In this document: piece after piece, positions 33,591 through 46,834 of the stretch
Position numbering within the stretch: the stretch's first letter is position 1
Layout of the letters: each line of letters begins with the position of its first letter
Assembly: GCA_977030845.1 (NCBI GenBank)
Contig: OZ365113.1
Span: forward strand, 15,810,001-15,874,000
DNA: 64,000 bases
Reading direction: 5' to 3'
Source: Fimbriosthenelais zetlandica
Lineage: Eukaryota
The notes under the pieces: model-generated
Database searches by the model: none
Told to the model about the DNA's origin: nothing
The model's input: the letters and a program-made list of their open reading frames with translations, nothing else
Program-made: the position numbers and the translations under genes

Positions 33591-36215
33591 TGGACGTGGC
33601 TGTTCGTCTGCTAGCGGGCGGTTGTTGTTAGATCGACGGGAGGTGGACCCAGGAGGCGGGGACGCGCGGGCTGGACGAGGATCTATTTGGGGAAGGCCGA
33701 GGGCTGCCAGATGATCAAATCACCCGAGAAAACAGATTAAGAGATAAAACTTAAGTTGACTCGTGGCTTCCAAAATGCAGGCATGTAGTGGATTATTGAG
33801 GCAGTTAGCCGCCATGCAGCATAAAACCTTGCATTACGCCTTAGTGTCGACCTTAAAACTTCATTCATTGTTGGTCTTTACTTATAAAGGTTGACTCCAC
33901 ATGGATTACGGACAACAAAAATAGAAGAAACCAAACAAAAAGAAAAAACTTGTCATGACTTTCCCTTGAAAAGTGTAACAAAGTGTCATTTGGTTTCTTG
34001 CAGTCAGAAACAACATATTGCAGCGTCTGTATACACAGACGCCGCAATAGAAGCCCGCGTTGTGCAAAAATGACGCTAGGCGTCACTAGCGTCCGTTAGA
34101 TTCGAAACAATAGTATTTGGGACATTTGAACATGTAGCCCAAGTCAAACCACTTATTTTTGGCCAAGTTAAGTGGAATGGCATTGATAGAAATCTATGTT
34201 TTTGTTATATTCTGGAATTTGATTTGAGGTAAGTGCAGTAATATTGTAAATAATTCAGCAAAATGCAAATTTACTGCCATTCTACTACTTTAGAAACGTG
34301 TCAAACACGGGTCATAATGATGGCGAGAATGGCTTTTACACGTCGAATTATCCAGCCTAGGGGTTATAGTCAGATATTCTCTTGTCTGTTTATTACCTCA
34401 ATGGGCCTTGTAGCCTGTAAGTCTGGATGGGTGAAGGCCGGATTTTGCCCGGGGCAAGAGCCCGCACGCCTGGTGCCCGCAGTACCGGGACTAAGGGCTA
34501 GAGAGCGCCGGCGACATTATGCCGCCCGGTCTCGGCCCACTGGCGCCGAGGGGGCGAGAAAAAGTCACCCCTCTACATCTCACTTATCTCAAGGCATTGC
34601 ATCCAGGTTACTCAACTTGTATGCCCAGACCAGCTGGTCCGACTACTTCCATACTCCAGGTATTCCGCAGCTTTATTAGCAAGCCCCTCGCCTCGCCCTT
34701 TTGGTATGCTAAGTGAGTGGTCGGGTCGTTGTGTCTTTTTAAGCTAAAATACATACCAAGAACTTTTCACATGCTTCACTTGTTACATGTGTCTGACTGC
34801 TTGCATAATAGAGAGTTGTTTATGGGCATGTGACATGATCTTACCTTTAACTTCTGACACGTCAGCAACCACTGACGTAAATATATCACTGGCATACATG
34901 ATATCAAAATACATTAAGGCCTATATGCATATAATTTGGATGGAAGCCTATAGGCCTATACTTAGGCTACATGGCTGGGAACCTTTAATATACCTAGAGA
35001 GATGAAATCTCTCTGATATACCTAACGTTATTTATTTCCCTTCAGAATGCAACAATCATTTTATAATATATCATAATGAAAGGCAATACAATATGTGCAG
35101 TTATTATTGATCACACTTTTTGTAGTGTACGGCCACACTTTTTACAATATTTGTGAATTAAAGGACCAATGATACAAACATATATCATCTTTTTTACTCT
35201 GGATTTATGGGTCAAATTTTGTAAATATAGGGGAACGTTGTCGAGCACTTAATATGAACCGTGTACACAGATGTTTTGCTTATAATTTAACTTCATGATT
35301 TTCATCACCATTGTGGCTTCAGTAAATTTAGTTTATGATAGGGGCCTATTGTTTACACAACCATAGAAATACCATTATATTTGCCAGGGAAAAAGTAGAT
35401 ACCATTAGATGATCAAACCTCAGGCATTATCTGATTGTCAAAGGAGATAAGGTCTGATATGGAAAATTGTGGTTCTACCATGTTCACCCCATGTCAATAT
35501 TCTAAATATAATAATATTGATGGAGTTATTATTGTAAATGTTGCCCCAGTAATATAGAAACCTTGCCTAAAGGGACATCTACATGTATCAAAAGTTCAAA
35601 AAGGTCACAACCTGCTCGCCATCCGCCTCAAGTAACAAGATGGCACATGTCATTCTTATCAATCAACTTTTAATTGGTATCACAGGCCAGGTATACCCCC
35701 TACCAATTGATCTCCACATCTACAGGGCCTTATCAAGATAACATGCCCTTATAGCATGCGTTGCCCCTGTCCCCTCCCATACCCCACTCCAATCCGTGAC
35801 AGTCTATCACCAAGGACCTCCATCTCTCAGAGATATAACACGAATCTTTATCAATATCTCCAGCCACTAGGAACAATCATACAATCATGGGTGTTCTGGC
35901 GATGTGTAGTGAGCAACCCCTTCACACCTTGAGAATATCCTGGGTGGAGAGTGGCAGCAGGGATTTACAAGACAAGGAAGTGATAATCAGTCAAATCAGG
36001 GCGGCTTAAACTGCTTCAAACTAATCAGATCATCAGCCCATCTGATGGTCGGGCCCCTTTAATAAGACAGCGCCCTATTAAACTGCCTTTGTTTTGCCAT
36101 GTTTGGGGGCGATGTACAGGGTCATGTATGATAATATCATAATGTTATAACCAAGCACTCCCCTTTGAGGAGTAACTAGCCTTATTATGTGTGAAAAAAG
36201 TCCGGGTTATCTTAC

Positions 36216-37050
36216 CTGGTATCGTTGATAAGCGCTGATGACGGTGACTCGGGGAGTCAGTGTCTAGGGGGAAGAAGAAAGGCTACAAGGCTGAGATGTA
36301 GGCAGATAAGGTCCTTAGGCGGGGGTGACAAGTTTTTTTTTCAATCCTGTCCTACTGAGCAGCCAAAGTAGATATGATACAAGAGTGTCTGGCTTTTTAC
36401 AGCAGATGCCTGTACGGGTGCGCATGCAATGCACTGTGGGCGATCTGAAGATCCAACGGTGGAATATATGAAAACCACGGCAAGATGGGAATCCTTCTGA
36501 TGTCAGAGTGACAGTGCCATCAAGTGGCGGGAACTGATATGGATATAGAAGGGTTTTCTCTCCCGTGCACTCCGCCTCTTCCCCTCTTCGCTTCAGGCCT
36601 TTACAACAGGGACATCTAGGGAGCATGAGGAGAGCGAGGGCCAGGGAGAGATGGGGGCGTGATGCATGCGCATTGGGACGTGGAAGAAGGCGGGAGAAGT
36701 CAATGATGAATGATACTCAAGGCACTAGCATGGCTTGGGCGTGGGCTGAGAGAAGGGTTTGGTCGCTATCAAAGCATGTCAATCAGTTGTAATTGATCAA
36801 AATGATGGGCGGTGCCTCCCAAGTTGAAAGGATGGCATTAGGAATCAGAGATCGGGCGGGATTTTCCCACTGAATACAAGAGATGGTGATCCCGTTTTCC
36901 TAGATGGGATCCAACCAGAAAAGTCATTTATGGAAATTCAGTCCCCGCCCCATTGCCACGCCTGTATTGCTTTAAATGGGTAAAACAATAGATGGCAATG
37001 ATGGGGGCGTGGCCTCGCTCAGCGGGAGGCGGGACCAGACATGCGTAGGG
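36216..37050 (-). promoter_or_regulatory. Candidate distal promoter plus non-coding first exon
   Basis: Sp/KLF boxes at 36854, 36943 and 37004. NRF1-like TGCGCATGCA at 36419 and its reverse complement at 36663. Minus-strand donor CCAG|gtaaga at 36216/36215. Confidence 0.4.
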
Positions 37051-40000
37051 TCTGATGTTAGTTCAGATTTTACCCAGCAGGGGGACTCAGCGGTCGGGAG
37101 TGTTGTAATCAGTGATCGTTGGGTGGAAAGATCTGGCTTTATCTTCACTGATTTTGAGACATGAATGTACGGAACGAGTTGGTATTGATATGAATTGATT
37201 CAATTCTTATGTTGTGTGCAGAAATGTGGCGCTTTATCTCTGCGGCAAAACATGTTTCAGCTATTATATTGCACGATCCTCTTATCCAAGAAATCAAATT
37301 CTATATCAGCGTGTAATTGCCAGAGGCGATAACAAGGGATAATTTCAGATGCTATATCAATGTCTAACAAAAGGAAAATGTCAGTATAACCAACGTTGAT
37401 TTCAAGGCCGGATAAATAATAATTTACAGTGTAGCCCTACGCTACAGTGACACAGATCATAGACAGTATTATCCTGAACGTGAACTTTTTGTATTGTAAT
37501 TGTGTATCTAGTTTTGGAATGATGACAGATTATATGGTATATTTACACATTAACTTGGATAAAGCCATCGGGAAAAGGCCATTGGCAAAGATGCAAAGGG
37601 TAGTGTGGCAGTTTTCCACAAGAGGACGCATTGGTGCTCGTACCTTGGTTCCGAGCATCCATGTTATGAGGCTGAGACGGTGAGAGGCGCGATTCAGCGA
37701 GACGCCTAGTGGGAAATCACTGAACTACACGCTGAATATGTTCATTTCGCAGAAAATGAAAATCTCACGATAAGTAAGTGAATTGGGTGTGGGTATATCC
37801 TCATAACTTCTCACATTGGGTTTGACAACCTGAGAACGTCAGTTACTAACGCATAATTATTTCACAGATTTAGTGACGTTATTTCACAATTAAACCATCC
37901 ACACATGTGTGACTGATGGCTTCTATTAAAGTATTGCCAGCCCAACCCACACACCAAGAACGCACTGGAGTGTGATCTGCGTGAGAAATAATCACAATGA
38001 TTCCCCCTTACATGCATGACCTGGATGACGAATGTCTTTGTCTTAGATTTCTAATGTATTTAGAGATATACTATTATGTCATGCTCTCTTGGCGCGAGAA
38101 ATTATCGTGATATATCGACAGGATTTAGATGCATCCTTTATTCAGTACACAAAGAAACGGTGAAAAGATTTAAGCTCAAACCTTAACAGTTCAATGCTCT
38201 GGTAAATGAATTCCCATCCATCATCAGTCTCAACTATATATTCTTATAGATCAGTAGGTAGGAAAATAGGCACACAATGACACATATTAAATGGGATATT
38301 AATTTCTAAAGTATCTTAATTTTGAAAATGTCTACATAATGATGTTTCGCAGTTGTGAGAGATAACTGGCTGAATCTCATTTTAGTTTATTTTTGTAATT
38401 TCAACCTCTAGCCTCCCTCATCCCTTCATTCCCACCACCACCTCTTGTAAGATTTATGGTCAGGGCTTTTATCTGTTTACTTGTCGGGCTAACCTGGCCG
38501 AAAATTGAGTTGGGTGACTTGAAGGCAACCCATTCAGCATTTGGGGGAAAGTGGCCTTTGTGAACCTGGGTCTGTAAATCCACCAATCGGCAGCAGCGGT
38601 CAAAGAGCGCCATGGCAACGTCATGACGGATCCTGAGGCCGATGGTTGACACAACATCTCATCGCCTGCCTCAATCGCCGTCAGCCCATCATCTGGCGAG
38701 TCAATATTAGCGCCTCGACTTTCACCACACCACTGAGGCGACATCTAGAGGCAAAGCAATGGAGGAAAAGTCACTCCAGTGCCGACCATGTCCGCCCTGC
38801 AGGAAGAAGGGGCGCAGACGTAAATCAAGACCGACATTAAGATGTAGCATAGACGCCATTGGCTATTTTTCACGCTGTAGGCACATGGGACAATGGTGGG
38901 TCGCGGCGCGTCAATGCTATCGCACACGGGCATTCGCCACCGCCCAATGGCGTCCCTGACCCCTAGATTAATACACGATTTTACCGCCCGGCTAAATCCG
39001 CGCCAAACCTGGGCGTGATGGAGGAGGAAACTGACCACGTGAGTAATGCGCGTGTTTTCTCCACACATCCCCAGCTTATACGCAGTATGAGGAGGAGGAA
39101 CCGGAAGTTGACGGGTTAACGTGACCACGAGTGTACTACGTCATTAAATCGGGGGTCATTGCGGGTCACATGACCATTCCTTGATGGAAGGCCTTTATAG
39201 ACTGATGGTTTAATGGAGGCGTTTTTATGTGAGCGATAAATTCCCTCCTTAATATGGGAACTCTATCAAAATGGTTCTAACTTCATATCAGGCTGGCACT
39301 GGGACGAATTATTCACGTTTTATTGTCCCTTCTTAATTTGGTTGCTTGATCATGGACCATCACTTAATGTCACAAATATAACCAACAAGATATCTAGAGA
39401 AGGACAAGACTTAATGAATAATGATGCCCCTTGAATGTTATGGCCACATCGATCATTCTATGCATAGCGATAAATTTCATGCTTAAGAATTGCCTTCTTA
39501 AGTTCCCCAATTCCATATACTACTTGCCTCTGTATCATAGACTGACGGTCCAGGGCGTCTATGTTGAAGAGCCCAAAATGGAAGGATTTGTTCTAATATC
39601 TTTCATCGCACTGCCTACCTCTGGTTTCGGCTATGACATTTTTGTCGCGGCATGATTGATTTATGCCTGTATTTGGGCGTGTGGCAGTTTACTTTTAAAG
39701 GGAATAAGACAATGTCTTGCCACTTATTTGGGGATTTATATAAATTCATCCACCATAAACTCTGACAGAGATTTCACGACCAGATTCATACTCAGTTTAT
39801 AGTGTTTTATGATAGGGGTTCAAATCAGGAATCATGGTTATCACTGAAATCGAGAACAATGACCCAAAAAATCACAAATACGAGAATCCATTGATTTTCC
39901 AATTTTCAACCGTGCACTTTTTTTCTGGAAATGTGGGTACAAAACGTCCAAAATCAACGAACAAAATAGCGGAAAAGAACTGGTGACATCTTCAATAGTG

Positions 40001-43000
40001 GACTGTCTTATCGTTCCATCGGGCATTATTGCCACCCCTCATCCGAGACAATGGTTTCTATAGGAGTCCCACCGTGCAGACGACATTTTTATCTTGCTGG
40101 GTTATCTCTCGGTGAGGCCTGGATGCATGGCGGACTGTGCCGCTCTGCTGGGCCGGCACCAGTATGAAGGGAGGCCCGGTTAGCGCCCGGTCCAGTCATG
40201 ACAGCCTCACACGTGGCTATGTGTCAGCATGTATGTAGGACCCTCTTCCCGCCACGCGATCCCCTCTCCAATCTCGGTGTCACATCATCTACAAAAATGT
40301 GATGGTGCATTGAATCTATATTAAGGGCCAGCATGCAACCCTCCAAATGTAATACCAACTCCACTCTCCTCAGTTCCTCTCCCAAATAAGTAAATTTGAT
40401 AATGCTCTTTTTCAGGGTTACTGATAAGGGCAGTCTGTGTTCTAATGACAGATTTGAAAAGAGCCCCTAAAATGCCATGACATCTAATAGCCTCATTCGC
40501 TGCAGATGGCGAGCTATGGACAATGAATCGGAAGCACTGTATGTGTTGTTTTGTGTCCACCACAGACGTGTATTGCATGTTAAGCATCTACAAAATAATC
40601 CCTTGTTGAAAATTCAAGTATGAAAGGCCATCTATCTTTCAGAAAGCATCTGTATAAATGAAGTATGATGCATGTAAGGCTGCCGTGTTTGCCATCCCAT
40701 ATTGCCTCTCTTGTCCTGAGTTGCACAAGAGAATTTTAAAAGGACATGTCATATTTAAAACTTGTACATGTATACATCTCACAGGTGGAGGACACAATGG
40801 TCGTTCATTCAACAAGGGCTTAAAGTATAGCATGAACGCATGTTACTATTCATGCCTTCCGGGCAATGTTACGTGTTGCCCATATCTGTCAACAAAAGGG
40901 CACTGAACATGGTACGGAGTGGGGCCAAACCCTGGACCAACATTCCAACTTCACTTCCAAATTACATGTCATTAAAGAACCAAGTCTAAGTAAAGGGCAG
41001 AAGACTTTTTGTGAGCTAAGTATAAGTCACGAGTGTGGAGGGGGTATCATTAGAGGTAGAATAATAGATTTTATTATGATTGATAGAGGAGGGAGTGACT
41101 GTTACTTAATAAGGTGTATATGGCGCCATTGTCACCAACTGTCAGTGCCCTGAGTGATGGCTGAATTGTATGGAGGTCCTCTGCCATCTATGAATCACAT
41201 TTAAGTGAAGCATTATTCAAATATTACATTTTAATGGCCGTCCAATGTCAACAAGTGAACGTGATTTATATGTGTGATCGTTCATGCAGGATTTAGTGCT
41301 ATAATCTGAAAGAATTGAGCTTGGCACTACAAAACTGGGTATACATGTATTTCAGTCGAGATGAAAAAGGGATGTATGGACCCAAAGGAACCCAATGTTA
41401 AACACGGCTGGAAGAAAAGCTAAACCATTTTCTTCATTTTCAAATTACATCTATATAAGAGAAATTTAAGATAAACGGACCTTTGGTAACCAGGTACATA
41501 ATATGTTCGGCATAGAATATGCCTCAGGGTTCATATGAGGATATTTAACAGTTATATTGAATGTCTGTGGTAAATCGGTGATGACAGCTAGGTTACAGTC
41601 TGGCATTTATACAATTCTATAATGGTTATAATATAGCTACAATCTCCAAGGCTCTGATGAGCCTTTTGTATATATAATACAGGATGTCATTGGCGCAGTG
41701 CCTCAGATGCCATTTAACCTTGTGATGTGGCTCTGATATGAGATTCCTATCAACATTTCACTTGTTCTGTCCTGGGAATTTATCAAACTTCCATCAGTCA
41801 TTCCCAGCCGAACCGTATCGCCACCTGTGGTGACGGGATGAGGTGTAACACCTGTTTACCTGTAGTTAGCATATTGACCGTTAGTAGCGCCGAGGGCAGT
41901 GTCCATAGCCACCAGTTGTGAGCCTGGTGAAGGACAAAACAAGATCCACAGGAGGGTGGACCTATGATTATAATGTTCCCGAGAAACATAAACCTGCTCT
42001 GTTGGCATTAAACAATACCCCTCTTCCCTCCTTTTAATTTTCTACTTCGCTAAAGCAGGTCACATTTCAGCTTCAGTATACAGTGTTCAATGGCGGCGAA
42101 AAAGCAGCAGGTAACTGCCTGATTTATGTACGTCAATATTTTGTTATTGGGAAACATAATGATCTGTCTCGATATGAATATTTGCCATATCGGCACCTCA
42201 GGTAGGTTTTTAACCAAGTGATATCAAGAGAGAAAAAACCGCCAGCGATTTAGTAATTCCCAAGTGATTCATTTCTACGTACAATATACATCTCATTGGC
42301 GGGAAAAGCCCTTCGCCACAGCTCTGATGGAAAAACGAGGAGAAAAAGTTGATGTATTGGGCGCGGTCTTGTCCCCAAGCCCAAACCCATCTGGGGCTGT
42401 CAAGGCGAAGTGAATCATACCATAGAAAAAGCCTCCACCCTGGCCCAGAGTTTACTCTTCCGGGGCTTCATCCTCTTATATAGAAGACTTAATGGTGGCT
42501 TGAACATTACTCAGAGCATGAGTCACGGTCCAAGAAACCATCAGCCTTCAGTGGCGGGATTAACTGCTTTAACCCTTAAATAAGGCCTCAATGAAAAATA
42601 AGCCTCCCCCCATAAAGAATATGGCTTCGGCTCAGCAAATACAAAGTCTGCCGGAAGTAAGGTTTCTCGACAAAAAATAATAACATGCAAGAAAACTGAT
42701 GTTTCAGCGAGAAAAGTAGTGGCCATAAAATACGGATTTGGTGCGGGAATGGTTGGATGTGGAGTTAAAAGCATTTTCACTGTTATATGTCCAGACTTTC
42801 ACATCTTTTACGCTGCCTCAGCACCTCATTCTGCCATGTCAGCAGGGCAGGGGAAACTGCACGGAATTTTTTCACTTGTCTTTGCCAACCAGCTATGAAA
42901 AGCAATAGAAATAGCAATTATTCGATGGATTGTAATTTTGTGAAATTTCCAGTACCAAATGAACGAAAGATAACAAAGGTCTGGTAATCCACGAGGTTAT

Positions 43001-44347
43001 GCTGTATAATGGAAGGCATTCCCTCAGCAAAAAGCTTGAAACAGGACATATTTACCGATCTCCTAATCAAAAAAAAATAACAGAAAAAATCCTTACAAAT
43101 CCATGGTTTCTATTATCACATACATATCGTGCTACTAATTTAACCTTGGTAATTAAGGAGGTAATCCTGACTGAGACGAAAGCCACCTTTAACATCGGTG
43201 CGTTACTATGGAGACCTACTTTAACCCTCCAACAACCTGTGAAGATCCTACCAGGCCTGGATCCCTCAGCTTCAGTCAACATTGACCAGGATTTAACCTT
43301 CCATACCCTGCTTCCCCGTCCACAATCACTCCAGTATCCATCAAGTCAGATTCCCATCACTACCACCCTCCCCAATCCCTATTTACCAGAACGAATAATC
43401 GTCATTTAAATCAAAGGCAAAGTCTAAACCAGTGTTTTTAATATGGAAAACATCTTCTCTGCATAATAATGGGGAAATAGAGAGAGATGTGCAGTGAATG
43501 TAGGTTAAAACATCATAGCAGTGTTGTATAGAGTGAAGCTATTGCAGTCTTCCCCCCGCCGTTGGACGCCATGACGGCACTGATGCTATCGGAAAAGTCA
43601 GGATTTACGACCGCAGCGCCGTGCGGCGGCAAAATGTGCTAAATTTACCCACCACCAAGGGGTGGAGGCTGAAGGGGAGGATATATGGGCAGACCACGGG
43701 ATGTGCTATGAGAAACTTGGACTGTTCCTTCTTTACCTCTGACAGAAAGGGGCATTGGACCAGGCTGGTCAATGGCTGAATAGATGGAATTTCCACACTT
43801 GATTTGGACAGAAAAGGCTTCCAAATTCCTTCAGAAGGCCTAATCATTATAGCCTAATGACAATTAAACCATATTCAGCAATATATGCTTTCGCTTTTGC
43901 TGGATTCCAGATATTCTTATAGGAAGAATTGTGTCAGCAAAGACAGGAAGGGAAGCAACAATCCTTTATCGATATGCATGACTTTTGACAATAGACACTC
44001 CCTGGGGGCCTTGTCATATTAGAGATATATCGCTTTTTCCATGTGTAATTAATGGTCCTAGTATTAGTCATGGTGGTTTTATCAGCGGTCTCTAGAGATG
44101 TAATCCATTTCAAGTGGAGTGATATATTATGTTGGATCTAACAATGGGCTTTAAATCACGGCTCTCATTAAAATAACACTCATTTGGTGACTCTTCTAGA
44201 AGTTTAGAGGTTATGCTATATGAGACCGTGCTAAATATCACCAGCCTTATATATCCGAGATGGGAGATTTGATTTAGTAAACATACATTTCTTATCACAG
44301 AGTTTATCGAGGTCAACAACCACTATAAGTACAGTACATTCGCAGTT

Positions 44348-44392
44348 TAGACATACAAGATGTCTGATCTAGAGAGACATCTTGTATATCTA
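44348..44392. repeat. Inverted repeat / hairpin, 18-bp stem with one mismatch and 9-nt loop
   Basis: atacaagatgtct (44353-44365) and agacatcttgtat (44375-44387) are exact reverse complements, extendable outward past one mismatch. Confidence 0.9.
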
Positions 44393-46643
44393 TTCACCCA
44401 TAGGTGACTATCATGGGACTTCCTGCTATGTATTTTCTAGTATTCTTGGCAGAGAACCGGATCTCATAGATCAAGTGAAAGTCAAGTGAAGGCAGAACTA
44501 TTGCACATGGTGGAATACACAACGGTTCCCATCAATTTCCATATTTGACCATACCACAATGTGTTTTTATTTCATGGTTCGCAGCTGGTACCACCATATA
44601 TATTCCAATGAATGTAATCGTATTCGCTTCCATCCTCTGGTGTACATGTATATAATAATATGCAATACTCAACGTGGTAAAATCAATTGTATGTGGAGCA
44701 TGCATATTTTGCCTAATTCCCATTACATATTCCCTATACTGTCGGAATTTACTGTTTAACATTCAGAAAGCATGCCTGGGGATGCATGTTTTGTTTAAAC
44801 TGCTTGATTTTACAATCTATTGCATTGATAATTTTTATCAAGAGTTTGATAACTCTCCCCGTATAGGAGGTTTTGTGTATTATATCGTTTCCATCTCCTG
44901 GCTTGATCCCCTCATCTCATTTATCATAATCAAAGGCAGGGATAAGTCCTCTCTGTTGACTTGTTGGTGTGGTTGGATGACTCTCTAGTCGCGTCAGAAA
45001 TCAAAGCACAAAGACTGAAATAAAATCATTATCTCTGACCAGGCAGCGTGAAGCATGGCTACAATCGCCAGATCGGAGTGACTGGTCGAGATCCAAACCA
45101 GACCACAGTTTTCAGGCGAAAACAAAGAGTATTCTCAATTAAAGTCATTTATGAAGAGGTCAATGTCCTTACATGAGAAAATATATCATTAATTCTTTGG
45201 ATAATTTGAGGTGAAGGAGCTTGTATTTTGCCTGAAGAAAAGAGCAATCTATTATGTGTATAGCATTTGCTGTGACCGATGTCCCCATATTCAGCTTTTG
45301 TTGCAACAGACAACAGTATTAAGCTGGGAGGATAGCAGGGAGAACATCATGTTCAGATGATTGATAGGAAGAACTATTAGCCATTCCTTTTCCCTAAGAA
45401 CCTTATAGCCTACTCTGACCTAAATCCGCCGTGAGCAGTTGCCTGAGCATCTCTGGAGGTCATCAGTAGAAGATCAGAGCATCTTGTCCACTGACTCTCA
45501 GCTCCACTATATCTTCTCCGGCGTCCCCGCTTCTCCACCATCCTCCAATAGCCCTGCTATACTTAGATCGATATCAGCAGGTCTACCCACCAGTGGTCGA
45601 CAACCAACACTCACTCCTCCCTTCCTGCCTCTTTTGATCCTAACCATAAGGATTATTCAAACACAGACATCTGTATTTGTTCATCTCTTGATCTGAGAAT
45701 AGATGCACTATTGGCGGATCTCTTTCTCTGTGCTGAGTATTTGGGTAACTGTTTCTAGAAGACTTGCTGCGCATGCTGAGTTGGATGTGGGTGTTGAGGT
45801 TTGAGGGAGGGAATGGGGGAGGTGTGTGTAGGGGGCGGGGGTGTTTACTCCTGTGGTAGACCAAGCACCAATCTGAGATGCCTTATCGAAAAGAGCGATA
45901 TTGTATGCAAGAAATGGGTCTACTGGAGCCTGTTTCAAAAGAAATATTAGCCATATAGACTTAGCATTGCTAATATTCCCTTTGAAACAGGCCCCTGAAT
46001 TGCGCTTCCATTGGATCACCGAGAGCATTGTGGGCGATAATAGACAATTTTGGCTCTCCCATACAAAAGCTGTCGGCCAAGGAGTTCAGGGAATCCTTCA
46101 AAACATTGTATTCTGAGGTTAATGTATTTCTAAGACACCGATAATTTCATGAGAGGACCAAATCAGAAAAGATAAACAGACGAAATGTATTATTAGGCCT
46201 GTTTTTGTTTTATATTGTACCAGGGAGTTCAATCTTCCTGTTATCTTCCTATATGACTAATTGAATGTATATACATGTATGTATATCGTCTTTTTCAGAA
46301 GGACCTTTAACGCCTTTTGGGAAATCCTTTTGAAAGACGATTCATCGGAATTGGTAAGACTAAAAGTTTAATTACTTGGAATCATTTACCGGTACTTGAA
46401 TTATCCTTGAATTATCGTTTCAATGGTTTAAACTGTCGATTAGGCCTCGATATTTCTACACGTTCAGAGACATTCCCTCTTCACCGGGCTTTTTGAGGAA
46501 GGAAACAGTGACCAGGGCCATTATTTTATTGCCTGAATTAGATGTTAAACTGCTGATTGAGATGATGCGGGAAGAGACAAAGGAGGAAGTGAGGGTATCG
46601 GCAGTAGTGGAGGGCTATAGTGAATCTCCCCTCGCCGCCTGCA

Positions 46644-46657
46644 CCCCCCCCCCCCCC
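46644..46657. repeat. Poly-C homopolymer (14 nt)
   Basis: Directly visible. Confidence 0.9.
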
Positions 46658-46759
46658 TCCTTCCCCCACCTCGCCTGGAGGGGGCTTCTTCCCCTGGAGG
46701 CTTTAGTCAAGCATTGGGGTCAGGCGGGTACGGGGCAGGCGTCCCCGGGCCTCCTCCAC

Positions 46760-46834
46760 CTTATCTCTCCCCACCAGATCAGCTTCAGCCGTGACGCCAC
46801 AATGAACGCCAGCCTTATCAGTCCGTGTCACGTG
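46760..46834. promoter_or_regulatory. Tandem GATA-N8-E-box composite elements
   Basis: CTTATCT-N8-CAGATC at 46760-46780 and CTTATCA-N8-CACGTG at 46814-46834. Confidence 0.55.

Noticed and set aside
34263-34679. 138-aa plus-strand ORF
   Set aside because: No homology recognised; explained by local GC richness.
42999-43409. 136-aa plus-strand ORF
   Set aside because: No domain or transposase/RT motif recognised.
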